Below are positions 63,974-64,000 of a stretch of 64,000 nucleotides of DNA, piece after piece (the first letter of the stretch is position 1; each line of letters opens with the position of its first letter). The notes below the pieces were generated by a model that was not told the DNA's origin, ran no database searches, and worked only from the letters and a program-made list of their open reading frames with translations. This DNA comes from Glutamicibacter sp. (GTDB lineage Bacteria; Actinomycetota; Actinomycetes; Actinomycetales; Micrococcaceae). The stretch spans positions 9,569 to 73,568 of the forward strand of contig NZ_JBOGEG010000015.1 in NCBI RefSeq assembly GCF_050701915.1, read 5' to 3'. A program made the position numbers and the translations under genes.

Positions 63974-64000
63974 GATCCAAGACTATCGTTGATGCGCCTT

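Overview
High-GC (about 58-60% by spot counts) actinobacterial chromosome segment. It looks Micrococcaceae-like from protein sequences and operon layout, which is an inference. The window is the core transcription/translation supercluster and lies almost entirely on the + strand. Gene order: (rplA 3' end) rplJ-rplL | acyltransferase-3 + YbaK-type deacylase | rpoB-rpoC | rpsL-rpsG-fusA-tuf | one 1253-aa polytopic membrane protein | S10 operon rpsJ..rpsQ | 4-gene accessory islet (RidA, AraC, VOC, EEP) | spc operon rplN..rplO without rpsN | strong terminator | secY-adk | map | infA-rpmJ-rpsM-rpsK-rpoA-rplQ without rpsD | two paralogous small lipoproteins (-) | truA | rplM-rpsI-glmM | UDP-glucose dehydrogenase | nnr-acpS-glmS (-) | coaA | mscL | alr-tsaE-tsaB-rimI-tsaD. 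A more variable tail follows: a Tat-signal metallophosphoesterase, an MFS+GntR pair, an AT-richer islet with a GIY-YIG nuclease-domain protein and a small membrane protein, a YbdK-type carboxylate-amine ligase, and a SAM methyltransferase. I saw no rRNA, tRNA, CRISPR array, transposase or integrase. I do not see a convincing multi-gene novel system. The best leads are single loci or RNA/DNA-level signals: the giant uncharacterised membrane protein between tuf and rpsJ; the GIY-YIG islet; paired stem-loops with CCCCAAG loops in the long rplA-rplJ spacer; a pseudoknot-capable GNRA-hairpin leader before rpsM; and roughly helically phased A-tracts upstream of rpoB. The many long antisense ORFs in the six-frame track are high-GC shadow ORFs. 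All family assignments come from motif recognition by eye, not database searches.
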